NCBI GenBank assembly: GCA_001657325.1 | Contig: LWRO01000015.1 | Span: forward strand, 105,539 to 145,538 | From: Geitlerinema sp. BBD 1991-9 | Lineage (GTDB): Bacteria > Cyanobacteriota > Cyanobacteriia > Cyanobacteriales > Geitlerinemataceae | Reading direction: 5' to 3' | Length of the DNA stretch: 40,000 nt | Shown here: in pieces, positions 1 through 8,746 of the stretch | How the letters are laid out: each line of letters opens with the position of its first letter | How positions within the stretch are numbered: the stretch's first letter is position 1 | Program-made: the position numbers and the translations under genes | Notes under the pieces: model-generated | Databases searched by the model: none | Told to the model about the DNA's origin: nothing | Seen by the model: the letters and a program-made list of their open reading frames with translations, nothing else

Positions 1-91
1 TCCGGCGAGGGAATTCCTTTGTGTGAGGATTAAACGATTCGATCTAGAATCACGTAACTCTTAGCTCTCTTGAAGTATCAGTTAAATAGTT

Positions 92-117
92 CCAAAAATA
101 TCGATCGATATTTTTGG
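92..117. repeat. 26-nt perfect palindrome CCAAAAATATCGATCGATATTTTTGG, about 90 nt downstream of the stop of the 206..955 gene. Possible stem-loop or terminator.
   Basis: Read directly. The two 13-nt halves are exact reverse complements centred on CGATCG. There is no separate U-tract, so a terminator role is uncertain. Confidence 0.4.
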
Positions 118-205
118 AGGTATTATCCCTACAAAAGAGTGAGGGCATTCAATTCAATTATTTAATAATATCTTACCTTCGCTTATTACCAAATATCATA
201 CGATC

Positions 206-955
206 TCATAAAGATTCTCCTAAAAACCACTCGTATCCTTGCTTAAACTGCTGCTTCGCATTACGATCCACAATACTGCCATGGGCGACGATAACTCTTC
301 TGAATTCCCATTGTAGTAACTTTTGTACAGATTCTTTGACTTTTTCTTTTTCTCGAGTCACAATTTGCTCTAAAAAAGACGGTCTGAGTTTTTTGTAGCC
401 CCCTGTTAATTTGAAGACAAGTTGGGTGGTTAAAGGAAAGGTTTCATCAAAATAAAAAGCTGTGTCTGTCAAAATTAAAGTTTGACTTTCAGGATGAAAA
501 AATACATACTCACTCAGAGGTGAGATTTCTCCTGGAAGAAGCGTTTTTAATCCTTCAAACGGTAGATATTCGAGTTCATCTAAAAGCGCTTCGCTATTCT
601 CTCCTAATATTCGATCGATAGAAATTTCGGGTCTTTTGATTTTTAATCCTGAAACTGCATAGACCTTTGCACTCGGATATAGTGCCTTCAAGTCAGATAC
701 AAAAAGATAGTGAAAAAGATTGGGAGAAATAATATGCTCGATCGTTCCAATTTCGCTGAGTTGTTCGACAATTTGACGATCGACTCGAATTGGAGAGATA
801 ACAGCTAATTCGCGATTTTTAAGGCGAATCACCGTCATTCTCGTATCGACTCTTAAGCCAAAATACTTAAACGGTTGCTCGGCTACCCAAATATTTCGAT
901 CGATTTCTCTGAGCATCGTTCGTGAAGACTGAAGAAAACGGTACTTAGGCGTCAC
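206..955 (-). CDS. DUF4336-like conserved protein (metallo-beta-lactamase-fold-like, cyanobacteria/plant type)
   Basis: 249-aa ORF with an ATG start. The sequence (NIWVAEQPF..., LILTDTAFYF, VIVAHG) resembles the DUF4336 family as I recall it. The antisense ORF 114..398 is ignored. Confidence 0.7.
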   Translation of the reverse strand: MTPKYRFLQSSRTMLREIDRNIWVAEQPFKYFGLRVDTRMTVIRLKNRELAVISPIRVDRQIVEQLSEIGTIEHIISPNLFHYLFVSDLKALYPSAKVYAVSGLKIKRPEISIDRILGENSEALLDELEYLPFEGLKTLLPGEISPLSEYVFFHPESQTLILTDTAFYFDETFPLTTQLVFKLTGGYKKLRPSFLEQIVTREKEKVKESVQKLLQWEFRRVIVAHGSIVDRNAKQQFKQGYEWFLGESL

Positions 956-990
956 GGAATCTATATCAACACGAGTTTAAAAATAGATTC

Positions 991-2346
991 TTAAGATTCC
1001 GATTCCAATCGCTTGCGCCATTCAGCATCAATTTTATCCGACTGCTCGAATTCTTGTTGAAGTAAATCTTTCTCCGTCGTATACGCTAAATCTTCTCGGC
1101 TAATCGCAGTTTCTGCGGCGAACTGACTCGCGTATTGCAATTTGGCTTGTAGTTGGGGTTGCGCTTGCTCGAATTCCGTTGCTAACGCCTGACGATTTTC
1201 GTTACATTTTGCAATATTGGCGTTGCGCCACAAAATCCAGAAATAGCGCAGCAGCGGAACCCCTAAAAAGGCCGTTCCATACCCTAAAAGTAGCCAGTAT
1301 ACAGAATCTACGAACGCGACCAGTCCGCCCAGTTCCTGAACTAATGCCACGTCTTCGAGCATGACTCCCAAAATCAACGCACCCACAAGGTTGAGGACAC
1401 CGAGTCCACCAGCTAGAAATAGTTGACCAGCACTGGCTTGACTGAACTTCCACAGTTTTTCGACGAGATAGGGTTCGATCGATTTCGCCTTTTGTTCCTT
1501 GGCGGTAATTTGTAACTCGGGAAAGCGATAGACTAACGCACCATCGGGACTGACTTCTGGGTAGCCGTCGAACTTCGTCAAGACGGGAAGCATATAATCC
1601 TCAGTCTCTCGATCGAACTGACTTCCTAAATCGTCGAGATAAGGAGCAACTTCTTCAGCAATGACGACCCCCTTTCGATTGCGAATCACCGTCGCAATAT
1701 TTTGCCAGCGACGCTCTTCTAACTCTGCGTTGGGATTCCCATCACCAAACAGTAAGGAAAAAACGGCTTCCAAAAAATTCAGCTCGGACTCTTCGCGAGA
1801 GGTTCGATGGGTTCGATGGGTTCGATCGAAACTCGATCGAGTTTTTGGATACCGGTTGTAATTCGGATCGTAGAACCAAAACCAATCCCAAACCCAGAAG
1901 CGAGGAATGAAGAGCCAACCGCCGCCACTTCCACCACTATCGCTGCGACGGCTTCCACCCCCACCACTGTTGCTGTCTCGACTGGAATTCGCAGCAAACC
2001 AAAGAATGGCAATCGTGACGAAAATGAGGACGATCGATAGGATCAAAAGTGTCCCAAAGGAGATGCGAACGAGATAAAACAGCACGTTCCAGACCTTCTC
2101 CCACCACGCTCGTAAGCGCAGGCGAAAGTATTTGTTGCGAAGAAGCGTGCGGAAGTTTTTCGGAAACTCATAGACCAAATCCCCGGTTTCGGCCACCTGT
2201 AAGTGTCCCCCCGCATCCGAGGCGAGTGCGAGGAGTCCCTGTTGAGCGAAGTTGACGTCGAGTCCAGCTTGCGTAGCAACATCGCCAACCGTGACGCGAT
2301 AGCTGAGTTGCTCGACAGCTTCCATAATTTGAGGATTGGGAGTCAT
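991..2346 (-). CDS. Conserved membrane protein with two winged-helix-like modules, a Gly/Ser-rich linker and several TM helices; function unknown
   Basis: Long ORF. The track start at 2421 is a TTG; the ATG at 2346 (MTPNPQIMEAVEQL...) is preferred. Motifs QVAETGDLVYEFP and EVSPDGALVYRFP are present, with hydrophobic stretches LILSIVLIFVTIAILWF and LFLAGGLGVLNLVGALILGV. Confidence 0.75.
   Translation of the reverse strand: MTPNPQIMEAVEQLSYRVTVGDVATQAGLDVNFAQQGLLALASDAGGHLQVAETGDLVYEFPKNFRTLLRNKYFRLRLRAWWEKVWNVLFYLVRISFGTLLILSIVLIFVTIAILWFAANSSRDSNSGGGGSRRSDSGGSGGGWLFIPRFWVWDWFWFYDPNYNRYPKTRSSFDRTHRTHRTSREESELNFLEAVFSLLFGDGNPNAELEERRWQNIATVIRNRKGVVIAEEVAPYLDDLGSQFDRETEDYMLPVLTKFDGYPEVSPDGALVYRFPELQITAKEQKAKSIEPYLVEKLWKFSQASAGQLFLAGGLGVLNLVGALILGVMLEDVALVQELGGLVAFVDSVYWLLLGYGTAFLGVPLLRYFWILWRNANIAKCNENRQALATEFEQAQPQLQAKLQYASQFAAETAISREDLAYTTEKDLLQQEFEQSDKIDAEWRKRLESES
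1801..1827. repeat. In-frame 9-nt tandem repeat (GGTTCGATG x3, last unit GGTTCGATC) inside the 991..2346 CDS
   Basis: Read directly. It encodes the THRTHRT stretch of the protein. Confidence 0.9.
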
Positions 2347-2514
2347 AACGCCGTGCCGAGTGAAGGGTGAAAATTGCGAGCTGTTCGAGACCCTGCGATG
2401 TTTTCGTCCTGTTCCGAGCAACAGTGTTCCAGATAAACGGGCAACCGTCGCAAATCTTCAAAGATTTTTAGGGTTGCCTCGATCGAAGCGTCTCTATCGA
2501 TCGTTATAACAAAT

Positions 2515-2535
2515 TAGACCTCCTACATGAATCTA
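2515..2535. promoter_or_regulatory. 21-nt motif copy A, TAGACCTCCTACATGAATCTA (minus-strand reading TAGATTCATGTAGGAGGTCTA), upstream of the 991..2346 gene
   Basis: 20/21 identical to 11484..11504. On the minus strand it begins with a -10-like TAGATT, preceded by TTTACT 18 nt upstream. The function is not established. Confidence 0.35.
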
Positions 2536-2628
2536 AACTCTGTCGCCTCACCCAGTAAAAGTCGCGTAGAGTGCGTTTGCGAGCAAGCGAATTCGGTGGA
2601 AGTCCAGTTCGTGAAATTCCCGCGAACA

Positions 2629-2877
2629 CCCCCCCCATCACAACATCAAGCCTCCTGACTTCCGTAGTGGCACTCACTCTAGCGAGAGTATCGTACTCAG
2701 TTCCACATCGGGGTCAGTTGGGGGACATAATGGGAGGGCATGACACGATGGTAGGTTGGACGATCGACAAAGTGGAGAACTTGCTGCTCAAGTCCAGTCA
2801 GTTCAGTCTAGTGAGTCGCCGCCAGCTCGACTAACCGGGACACGAACGTCAAGCGAGAGTGGTTGATGGGGGGGGGG
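2629..2877. other. Candidate structured RNA or unknown element closed by a long-range helix: C8ATCA (2629-2640) pairs with TGATG10 (2864-2877)
   Basis: 12 bp of exact complementarity. A second nested helix pairs GCACTCACTCTAG (2670-2682) with CTAGTGAGTCGC (2808-2819). No convincing ORF is present. The strand cannot be assigned from sequence. Confidence 0.3.
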
Positions 2878-2991
2878 AGATAGAAATCGAACGGCTGAAA
2901 AACAACCCAAACGCGACTACAGTGGACAGAAAAAGCGTCATACTCCGAAAGTGCAAGTTTTGGTGACGTGGGAAACCAGCCACATCATCTT

Positions 2992-3033
2992 CCCGCACTC
3001 GTAATCGAGCCTTAGCCCGATTACGAGTGCGGG
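2992..3033. other. Perfect 16-bp stem-loop (CCCGCACTCGTAATCG, 10-nt loop, CGATTACGAGTGCGGG)
   Basis: Read directly. It lies 128 nt downstream of the SGNH-hydrolase stop on the minus strand. No U-tract occurs on either strand. Confidence 0.5.
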
Positions 3034-3160
3034 TCAAACACGTCATACCAAATCCTGTTCCCAAACCTGCTAAACTTTCAAGCCGCAAATCCCAGCCAAT
3101 GATAGTTCGTTAAATTCCGGATCTCTTCTTGCATTTCAGACTTGAATTGGTGCTTCAATT

Positions 3161-4096
3161 TCACGGTAGCGTTAACGATCGAAACACTCGATCGATTTCC
3201 CGAACTACCTGTTCGTTGCCCAACGGACTTAAATGGATGTGGTCGCGATAGAGGGTTTCGGGTTCATCAATGCTGTTGAAGAGCGGGAGAAAATTGATAT
3301 AAGGAATCTCGCGTTCTTCGGCAAAATCTGACAAGCGCTGACGGGCTTCGATTTCGTAGTCGCGTGGCTGGGGTAATTCTCGTTTCAACGGAGTCATCGC
3401 CAATAACAACGAGATGCTGTCAGCTTGCAATCGATCGTGCAATTGTTCGATCGATTCTAAATTGCGTCCGACGATATCACCGCCTTCCTTCTCGAGTTCT
3501 TTAAGTTCTGGAATATCCGGTGCGGGGAGAATATAGCGAGAGACCACTTCCACAATGGCAAACGGGGGCAGTCGATCGGGATAGTTTCGATCTCGTCCGA
3601 CCACAACTGAAGTTGGCTTGCGGGCAAACAAATCGTCCGTATTGATTAACAAAACCACCGCCTGCGAACCGAAGGTTCCGAATTTACGAACGTAAGCCCA
3701 CTCGTTACGCGGGCCCCAAGAATTCGCTGAAGCGTTGAGGACTTCAACCGTTTGACCCGTTTCCGCCAAACGACGCTGTAAGAGTGCCGAAATCGTTGCC
3801 TCGCCGTCCGTCCACCATCCCCCGTTCGCGATCGAATCGCCCAACAACAGCACTCGCAGCGTTCCGGGTTTTGGCTGAGGATCGATCGACATACCGCGCA
3901 TCGAATACTGATTGATTTCAATGCGGTTTCCAAAACGGCGCGTGCGCTGGTTGGGGGCGAGGCGATAACCGACTTCTGAATCCGCCGCGTACAGGAGCGG
4001 ACGACCGAATCCGAAGAGCCAACGCAACCCGAATTCCGCCAACAGCAACGCACCGGCCCCGAACAATACCAAAATCCACGCCAGTTTCACCCTCAT
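3161..4096 (-). CDS. SGNH/GDSL-family hydrolase with N-terminal signal anchor
   Basis: 311-aa ORF. Block I is LLLGDSIANGGW (GDS) and block V is DHIHLSPLG (DxxH). The N-terminus is hydrophobic (MRVKLAWILVLFGAGALLLA). Confidence 0.85.
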   Translation of the reverse strand: MRVKLAWILVLFGAGALLLAEFGLRWLFGFGRPLLYAADSEVGYRLAPNQRTRRFGNRIEINQYSMRGMSIDPQPKPGTLRVLLLGDSIANGGWWTDGEATISALLQRRLAETGQTVEVLNASANSWGPRNEWAYVRKFGTFGSQAVVLLINTDDLFARKPTSVVVGRDRNYPDRLPPFAIVEVVSRYILPAPDIPELKELEKEGGDIVGRNLESIEQLHDRLQADSISLLLAMTPLKRELPQPRDYEIEARQRLSDFAEEREIPYINFLPLFNSIDEPETLYRDHIHLSPLGNEQVVREIDRVFRSLTLP

Positions 4097-4268
4097 TTTC
4101 TCCTCGCGTCACGCACGACACCAGTTTATCTGAGGAGTTCTGGCAATCGCCCGCTCTTGAAGGCGTTCGACCCTCGAGGAGGTACAGAAGGATTCGCGTG
4201 TCGGTTGCTACGTGCCTTAACATATTTATCGAACACCCATAGAAACTAAGTCCGAGATAAACAAAAAC

Positions 4269-5120
4269 GTGGACTTCGAGCAGATCTTCAAAACCCCCAA
4301 TCCGATAATCGGAGTCGTACACCTCCTACCCTTACCCTCCTCGCCACGATGGGGGGGGAGCTTGAAAGCCGCGATCGAACGTGCCGAACGCGAAGCGGTC
4401 GCTCTGGCTGCGGGTGGTGTGGACGGTATCCTCGTGGAAAACTTTTTCGATGCCCCTTTTACCAACGCTCAGGTCGATCCTGCCGTCGTCAGTGCTATGA
4501 CGGTCATTATCGAGCGGTTGATGGGCTTGGTCACGGTTCCGATGGGGATCAACGTCCTTCGCAACGATGCCCGTAGCAGCCTGGCGATTGCGACTTGCGT
4601 CGGGGCAAAATTCATTCGAGTCAACGTTCTGACGGGCGTAACGGTCACCGATCAAGGCATTATTGAAGGACAAGCCCACCACCTGATGCGCTACCGTCGG
4701 GAACTTGGCAGCGATGTCAAAATTTTCGCCGACGTTCTCGTCAAACACGGACACCCTCTTGGCAATCCCAACCTCACGCTAACGGTTCGGGAAACTCTCG
4801 AACGGGGACTCGCGGACGGTGCAATCTTGTCGGGGATGGCGACGGGAACACCACCGAGTATCGAAGATTTAGACCTGGCTAAGCGCGCGGCGGGTGACAA
4901 ACCAATTTTCATCGGCAGTGGAGCCACCTGGGAAAATATTCCACAGTTGATGCAAGTCGCGGATGGCGTTATCGTTTCCAGTTCTCTGAAGCGCCACGGT
5001 AATATCGAGGAACCCATCGACCCGATTCGCGTCGGTCAGTTCGTAGAAGCCGCCCATCAAAGCTTTTCCTCCAATACCTCCGTTCCCCCATCTCCCTCCC
5101 TAAAAAAAGTTCCTTCATAG
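4269..5120 (+). CDS. btpA: BtpA/SgcQ-family protein (photosystem I biogenesis protein BtpA)
   Basis: GTG start. The N-terminus MDFEQIFKTPNPIIGVVHLLPLPSSPRW and the motif GVDGILVENFFDAPF are typical of BtpA. Confidence 0.85.
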   Translation: MDFEQIFKTPNPIIGVVHLLPLPSSPRWGGSLKAAIERAEREAVALAAGGVDGILVENFFDAPFTNAQVDPAVVSAMTVIIERLMGLVTVPMGINVLRNDARSSLAIATCVGAKFIRVNVLTGVTVTDQGIIEGQAHHLMRYRRELGSDVKIFADVLVKHGHPLGNPNLTLTVRETLERGLADGAILSGMATGTPPSIEDLDLAKRAAGDKPIFIGSGATWENIPQLMQVADGVIVSSSLKRHGNIEEPIDPIRVGQFVEAAHQSFSSNTSVPPSPSLKKVPS

Positions 5121-5130
5121 GTGAATCGCC

Positions 5131-6081
5131 ATGACGCGCCGACGCACGAAAACAGCTCTTTTCCCTCGTTGGTCTCGCCCGTTGATGGGATCGATCGCGA
5201 TGTTGGGCGCAATCGAAACGACCGTGTTGACCGTCGTGAAACTGACAGATAACGTCGCGGCCATCTGTCCCAGCGAGGGCTGCGATATCGTGTTGACGAG
5301 TCCTTACGCGACGGTGTTTGGATTGCCTCTGACGCTGTTCGGCTTTGTGGGATACGCCGCGATGGCGATTTTCGCCTTAGCGCCGTATGCGATCGACCCT
5401 CAGAAAAACCGTCAAGGTCGAGAGCGACTCGATCGACTGACCGGTTGGGCGTTGTTAGTCGGCGGTGCGGTGATGGCGGCGTTTAGCGGCTATTTGATGT
5501 ACCTGTTAGCTACGCAGATGCAGGAGTTTTGCCCGTACTGCTTAGCTTCGGCACTGTTTTCGTTTAGCCTGTTCGGACTGGCGGCGTTCGGGCGGTCTTG
5601 GGAAGATGTCGGACAGCCGTTATTTGTCAGTTCGATCGTTGCCGTCGTGACGCTAACGGGGGTAACAGGTCTCTACGCTGGAGTTTCGCCGTCGGTAGCG
5701 GCAACACCGGACGCGGTTCGAGGGACAAAACAAGCGCCTCCTGATGTCACTACGGAATCGGGAGAAGCGGAAATTGCCCTAGCGCGACACCTTCGCAGCA
5801 TTGGGGCGCGAACCTTCGGTGCGTATTGGTGTCCCCACTGCTACAGTCAAAAGCAACTGTTCGGTCGGGAGGCGTTTGAGTTGGTGGAATACATCGAATG
5901 CGACCCGCGCGGCGCGAATGGAAATCCGCAAGTTTGCCGAGAAGCGGGGATTCGTGCTTATCCGACGTGGGAAATTGACGGACAACTGTACGAAGGGTTG
6001 CGGGAATTAGACGAGTTAGCGCAGATGTCAGGTTACACGGGCGACATGGCATTTCGTCATTCGTTACGAACGTTGCCTTAG
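5131..6081 (+). CDS. Vitamin K epoxide reductase (VKOR) domain fused to a thioredoxin-like domain (cyanobacterial disulfide-bond oxidoreductase)
   Basis: 316 aa. Loop cysteines CPSEGC, the membrane CXXC motif FCPYCL, several TM helices, and a C-terminal Trx-like motif YWCPHC. Confidence 0.85.
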   Translation: MTRRRTKTALFPRWSRPLMGSIAMLGAIETTVLTVVKLTDNVAAICPSEGCDIVLTSPYATVFGLPLTLFGFVGYAAMAIFALAPYAIDPQKNRQGRERLDRLTGWALLVGGAVMAAFSGYLMYLLATQMQEFCPYCLASALFSFSLFGLAAFGRSWEDVGQPLFVSSIVAVVTLTGVTGLYAGVSPSVAATPDAVRGTKQAPPDVTTESGEAEIALARHLRSIGARTFGAYWCPHCYSQKQLFGREAFELVEYIECDPRGANGNPQVCREAGIRAYPTWEIDGQLYEGLRELDELAQMSGYTGDMAFRHSLRTLP

Positions 6082-6361
6082 TTCGGTAACGTACAAGTCA
6101 TCTTGTTTTTGTTGAAGAAGGTTCCAGAAAAACTTCGATCGTTGCTTCTCCGGTATAGATATCGATCCGAACAGAAGCAACGGCCTTCAACAATTTTTTC
6201 TGGCGCTCTTCGACACAGATTTCACCGATTTAAAATACCGATGATTCTTGCTGCTGAATTCTCGAACCTCTAGTCTTTTTTGGGGTGGCTTTCAATTTTA
6301 GCAAAAAGGAGTGGGATTGTACCATCAGTTGTTCTGAAAAACCCTGATTCCCTGAAGCTTT

Positions 6362-7168
6362 TTAAAAGGGTTGAAACGACAACCAAACGAACGCGATCGA
6401 CATCGCCACAACCGCCCCGATCGATGTATTGATAAAATTCACGACCTCGTTCGTCATCCAATCGAATTTATCCTGTAGCGTCGCACCGATCAGACTTTCC
6501 GCGTTCGTCGCCACAAACGCCGCCACGACACACCAAACTGCACCCAAAGCGTCGATCGATCCAATTCCCCATCCCAACAGCGCCATCAGAATCGAAGCCG
6601 CCACCCCCGCTAACGTCCCCTCCAAACTCACTGCACCTTCCGTTCCACGAGGAACCGGTTGCAGCGTCGTAATCAGAAACGTCCGTTTTCCGTAAGCTTT
6701 CCCCACCTCGCTCGCCGCCGTATCAGACAGTTTCGTCGCAAAACTCGCGACGTAGCCGAGAAGCAGCAAATAGAGTGGGAGGGGAAGCGAAGAAGAGGGA
6801 GAAACCGGTGAAACGCCGAGCGTCCAGGCGAAGAGAACGAATCCGATGGCGCATAAAGTTGCCGTCAACGCCGAACCCCAGACGTTTTCGGGGCCTCTCG
6901 CACCTTGGCGTTTTTCTGCAATTCCCGCCGCTTCCTTTTCCGCCATCCCGATGCGCGTCACCGCCGAACCGACGAGAAAGTACACCATCACGATCGAGTA
7001 CCCGCGCCATCCCAAACATCCCCAAATCAGAACGCCAAGAATCCAAGCGTGAACGTAGCCGCTGGGGGTGAGGAGTTTTTTCGGCACGATCGACGCGATC
7101 GACCACAGAACTGAATTTAAAACGACGGCGACAACCCAAGGATTGAAGGCGGAAATTTCAGACCACAT
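6362..7168 (-). CDS. DUF92/TIGR00297-family integral membrane protein (VTE6 phytyl-phosphate-kinase-like)
   Basis: 268-aa polytopic ORF. The motif GMAEKEAAGIAEKRQGARGPENVWGS is typical of DUF92 as I recall it. Confidence 0.75.
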   Translation of the reverse strand: MWSEISAFNPWVVAVVLNSVLWSIASIVPKKLLTPSGYVHAWILGVLIWGCLGWRGYSIVMVYFLVGSAVTRIGMAEKEAAGIAEKRQGARGPENVWGSALTATLCAIGFVLFAWTLGVSPVSPSSSLPLPLYLLLLGYVASFATKLSDTAASEVGKAYGKRTFLITTLQPVPRGTEGAVSLEGTLAGVAASILMALLGWGIGSIDALGAVWCVVAAFVATNAESLIGATLQDKFDWMTNEVVNFINTSIGAVVAMSIAFVWLSFQPF

Positions 7169-7231
7169 GACGGCATCATGATGAAGGATCGATGCCAGAA
7201 TAGCATCAGAAGAATCTCAGGTCGGACAACG

Positions 7232-8017
7232 TTACACTACCAATTCACCCCGCAACACCGTTACGGCTCGACCGCCCAACACCACCCGCTCTCCATCTCG
7301 GCGCACGCGCACCACTCCTCCGCGAGACGAGGCTTGATAGCCGACGAGTTGCATTTTCTTTAATTTTCGTCCCCAATAAGGCGCCAAGCAACAGTGCGCC
7401 GAACCCGTCACTGGATCTTCATCGATTCCCATCATCGGTGCGAAGAACCGCGAGATAAAGTCGTACTCAGAATCTGACGCGCTGGTGACAATCACGCCGT
7501 GAATTGGGAAGAGTTTCAATTTGACGAAATCCGGTTGCAGTTGTCGCACTTCCGCTTCTGTCTCGACTTCGATCAAAACGTATTTCAACACGCTTTCGCC
7601 GACGAACACCGGAGAGACACCCAACGCCTCGATGAGTTCGATCGACTTTGGAACTTGTACCACAGGACTGGCGGGAAAATCGAGTTCGATCCAGTCTCCA
7701 TCTCGCGTTGCGGTTAAAACACCGCTGCGGGTGTGAAAGCGCAGAGTGTCTGTGGGTTTAGCTCGATCGAGTTCCCAAAGTGCGTGAGCGCTGGCGAGGG
7801 TGGCGTGTCCGCATAAATCGACTTCGACGGTGGGGGTAAACCAGCGCAGGCGAAACCCGTCGCTTTCGGGGAGGAGAAACGCCGTTTCAGACAGGTTCAT
7901 TTCCGCAGCAACCTGTTGCATCCAATCGGTTTCGGCGGGTCGATCGAGAACGCACACAGCTGCGGGATTTCCGCTGTAGGGTCGATCGGTGAAAGCGTCG
8001 ATTTGTAAGAGTTGCAT
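7232..8017 (-). CDS. PhzF-family phenazine-biosynthesis-like isomerase
   Basis: 261 aa. Motifs MQLLQIDAFTDRPYSGNPAAVCV and NLSETAFL, plus C-terminal DPVTGSAHCCLAPYW. Confidence 0.85.
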   Translation of the reverse strand: MQLLQIDAFTDRPYSGNPAAVCVLDRPAETDWMQQVAAEMNLSETAFLLPESDGFRLRWFTPTVEVDLCGHATLASAHALWELDRAKPTDTLRFHTRSGVLTATRDGDWIELDFPASPVVQVPKSIELIEALGVSPVFVGESVLKYVLIEVETEAEVRQLQPDFVKLKLFPIHGVIVTSASDSEYDFISRFFAPMMGIDEDPVTGSAHCCLAPYWGRKLKKMQLVGYQASSRGGVVRVRRDGERVVLGGRAVTVLRGELVV

Positions 8018-8061
8018 CGTGAATTGTTGGGTGAGGGTGCAAGATTAGCACCCGATTCGGA

Positions 8062-8667
8062 CTAATCGATAATGGCATTGAGAAGAACGTCGGTGAGCGA
8101 CTGTCCCGCCATGTCGTCTAAGGTGACGGTATCGACGATATCGAATTTCGCCCCAGCTTCCACGAGTCGATCGTCGAGAGCTTTGAGATATTCTGTAACT
8201 TTCGGATCGTTGCCGACTTGGATAAAAGACATCGCCAATTCTTCGTCTCGATCGATCTGTCTCGAGGCTTGAATAATCAGCTTGATGACTTCTTTTCGAT
8301 CGTCGGGTTCTCCATCGGTAATCACGAGGAAGGTTTCCCCGTTGGGTTTCGTTTCGTTTTTAGCTTTGCGAGCGAAGTAATTGTTGAGTGCGTCGTTTAA
8401 AACAGAGGCTAAATCTGTTTTGCCAACCGGGAGGTTTTCGTTGAAAATCTGTTCGACTTTGTCGGAAGTGACGTTATCGTAGCGACGAAATCGACTTGAA
8501 AATAAATAGACCGTGATGCCGTCTGGATCGAATTCTTCGCATTTTTTCGCCAGGGCTAACGTCGAATCGCGAACGGCTTCCCAGCGACTCTTGCCATTAG
8601 CTCGATCTGGCTCCGACATACTCCCGCTTCGATCGATAATCAAGGTATAGTCGCGATTTTCTAACAT
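8062..8667 (-). CDS. von Willebrand factor A (vWA) domain protein, TerY-like
   Basis: The MIDAS motif DRSGSMS follows YTLII. Motifs ITVYLFSS and FLVITDGEPDD are present. The ATG at 8667 (MLENRDYTLIID) is preferred over the track start at 8814, which would overlap the upstream ATPase gene by 68 nt. Confidence 0.8.
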   Translation of the reverse strand: MLENRDYTLIIDRSGSMSEPDRANGKSRWEAVRDSTLALAKKCEEFDPDGITVYLFSSRFRRYDNVTSDKVEQIFNENLPVGKTDLASVLNDALNNYFARKAKNETKPNGETFLVITDGEPDDRKEVIKLIIQASRQIDRDEELAMSFIQVGNDPKVTEYLKALDDRLVEAGAKFDIVDTVTLDDMAGQSLTDVLLNAIID

Positions 8668-8746
8668 AAGACTCCGCACAACCGATTTCAATCGAGCGTA
8701 TCCTAACACTTCTCGAAAATTGCGACCGTAAATTTTACGATTTTTA

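Noticed and set aside
114-398. Plus-strand 94-aa ORF at the window start
   Set aside because: It is antisense to the well-supported DUF4336-like gene, and its translation is low-complexity.
2571-3088. Track ORFs 2571..2834 (+, 87 aa) and 2849..3088 (-, 79 aa) as genes
   Set aside because: They have non-ATG or weak starts, low-complexity or Arg-rich translations, no recognisable motifs, and run through homopolymer tracts. The region looks non-coding.
2571-3160. A complete ORF-less group II intron (GTGCG at 2571; GTGTG at 11511 for the second copy), or an FMN or cobalamin riboswitch
   Set aside because: No domain V-like hairpin (AGC triad, 2-nt bulge, GNRA loop) or 3' AY end could be found. 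The putative GUGYG 5' ends sit at different offsets from the shared 21-mer in the two copies. The riboswitch-like segments are in the wrong order, and no downstream gene lies on the plus strand. Only a covariance-model search could settle this.
6082-6361. A small minus-strand ORF (…IGEICVEERQKKLLKAVASVRIDIYTGEATIEVFLEPS…) in the convergent VKOR/DUF92 spacer
   Set aside because: A stop codon lies immediately upstream and there is no ATG or GTG start. Only a 31-codon TTG-initiated fragment is possible, and no motif was recognised.
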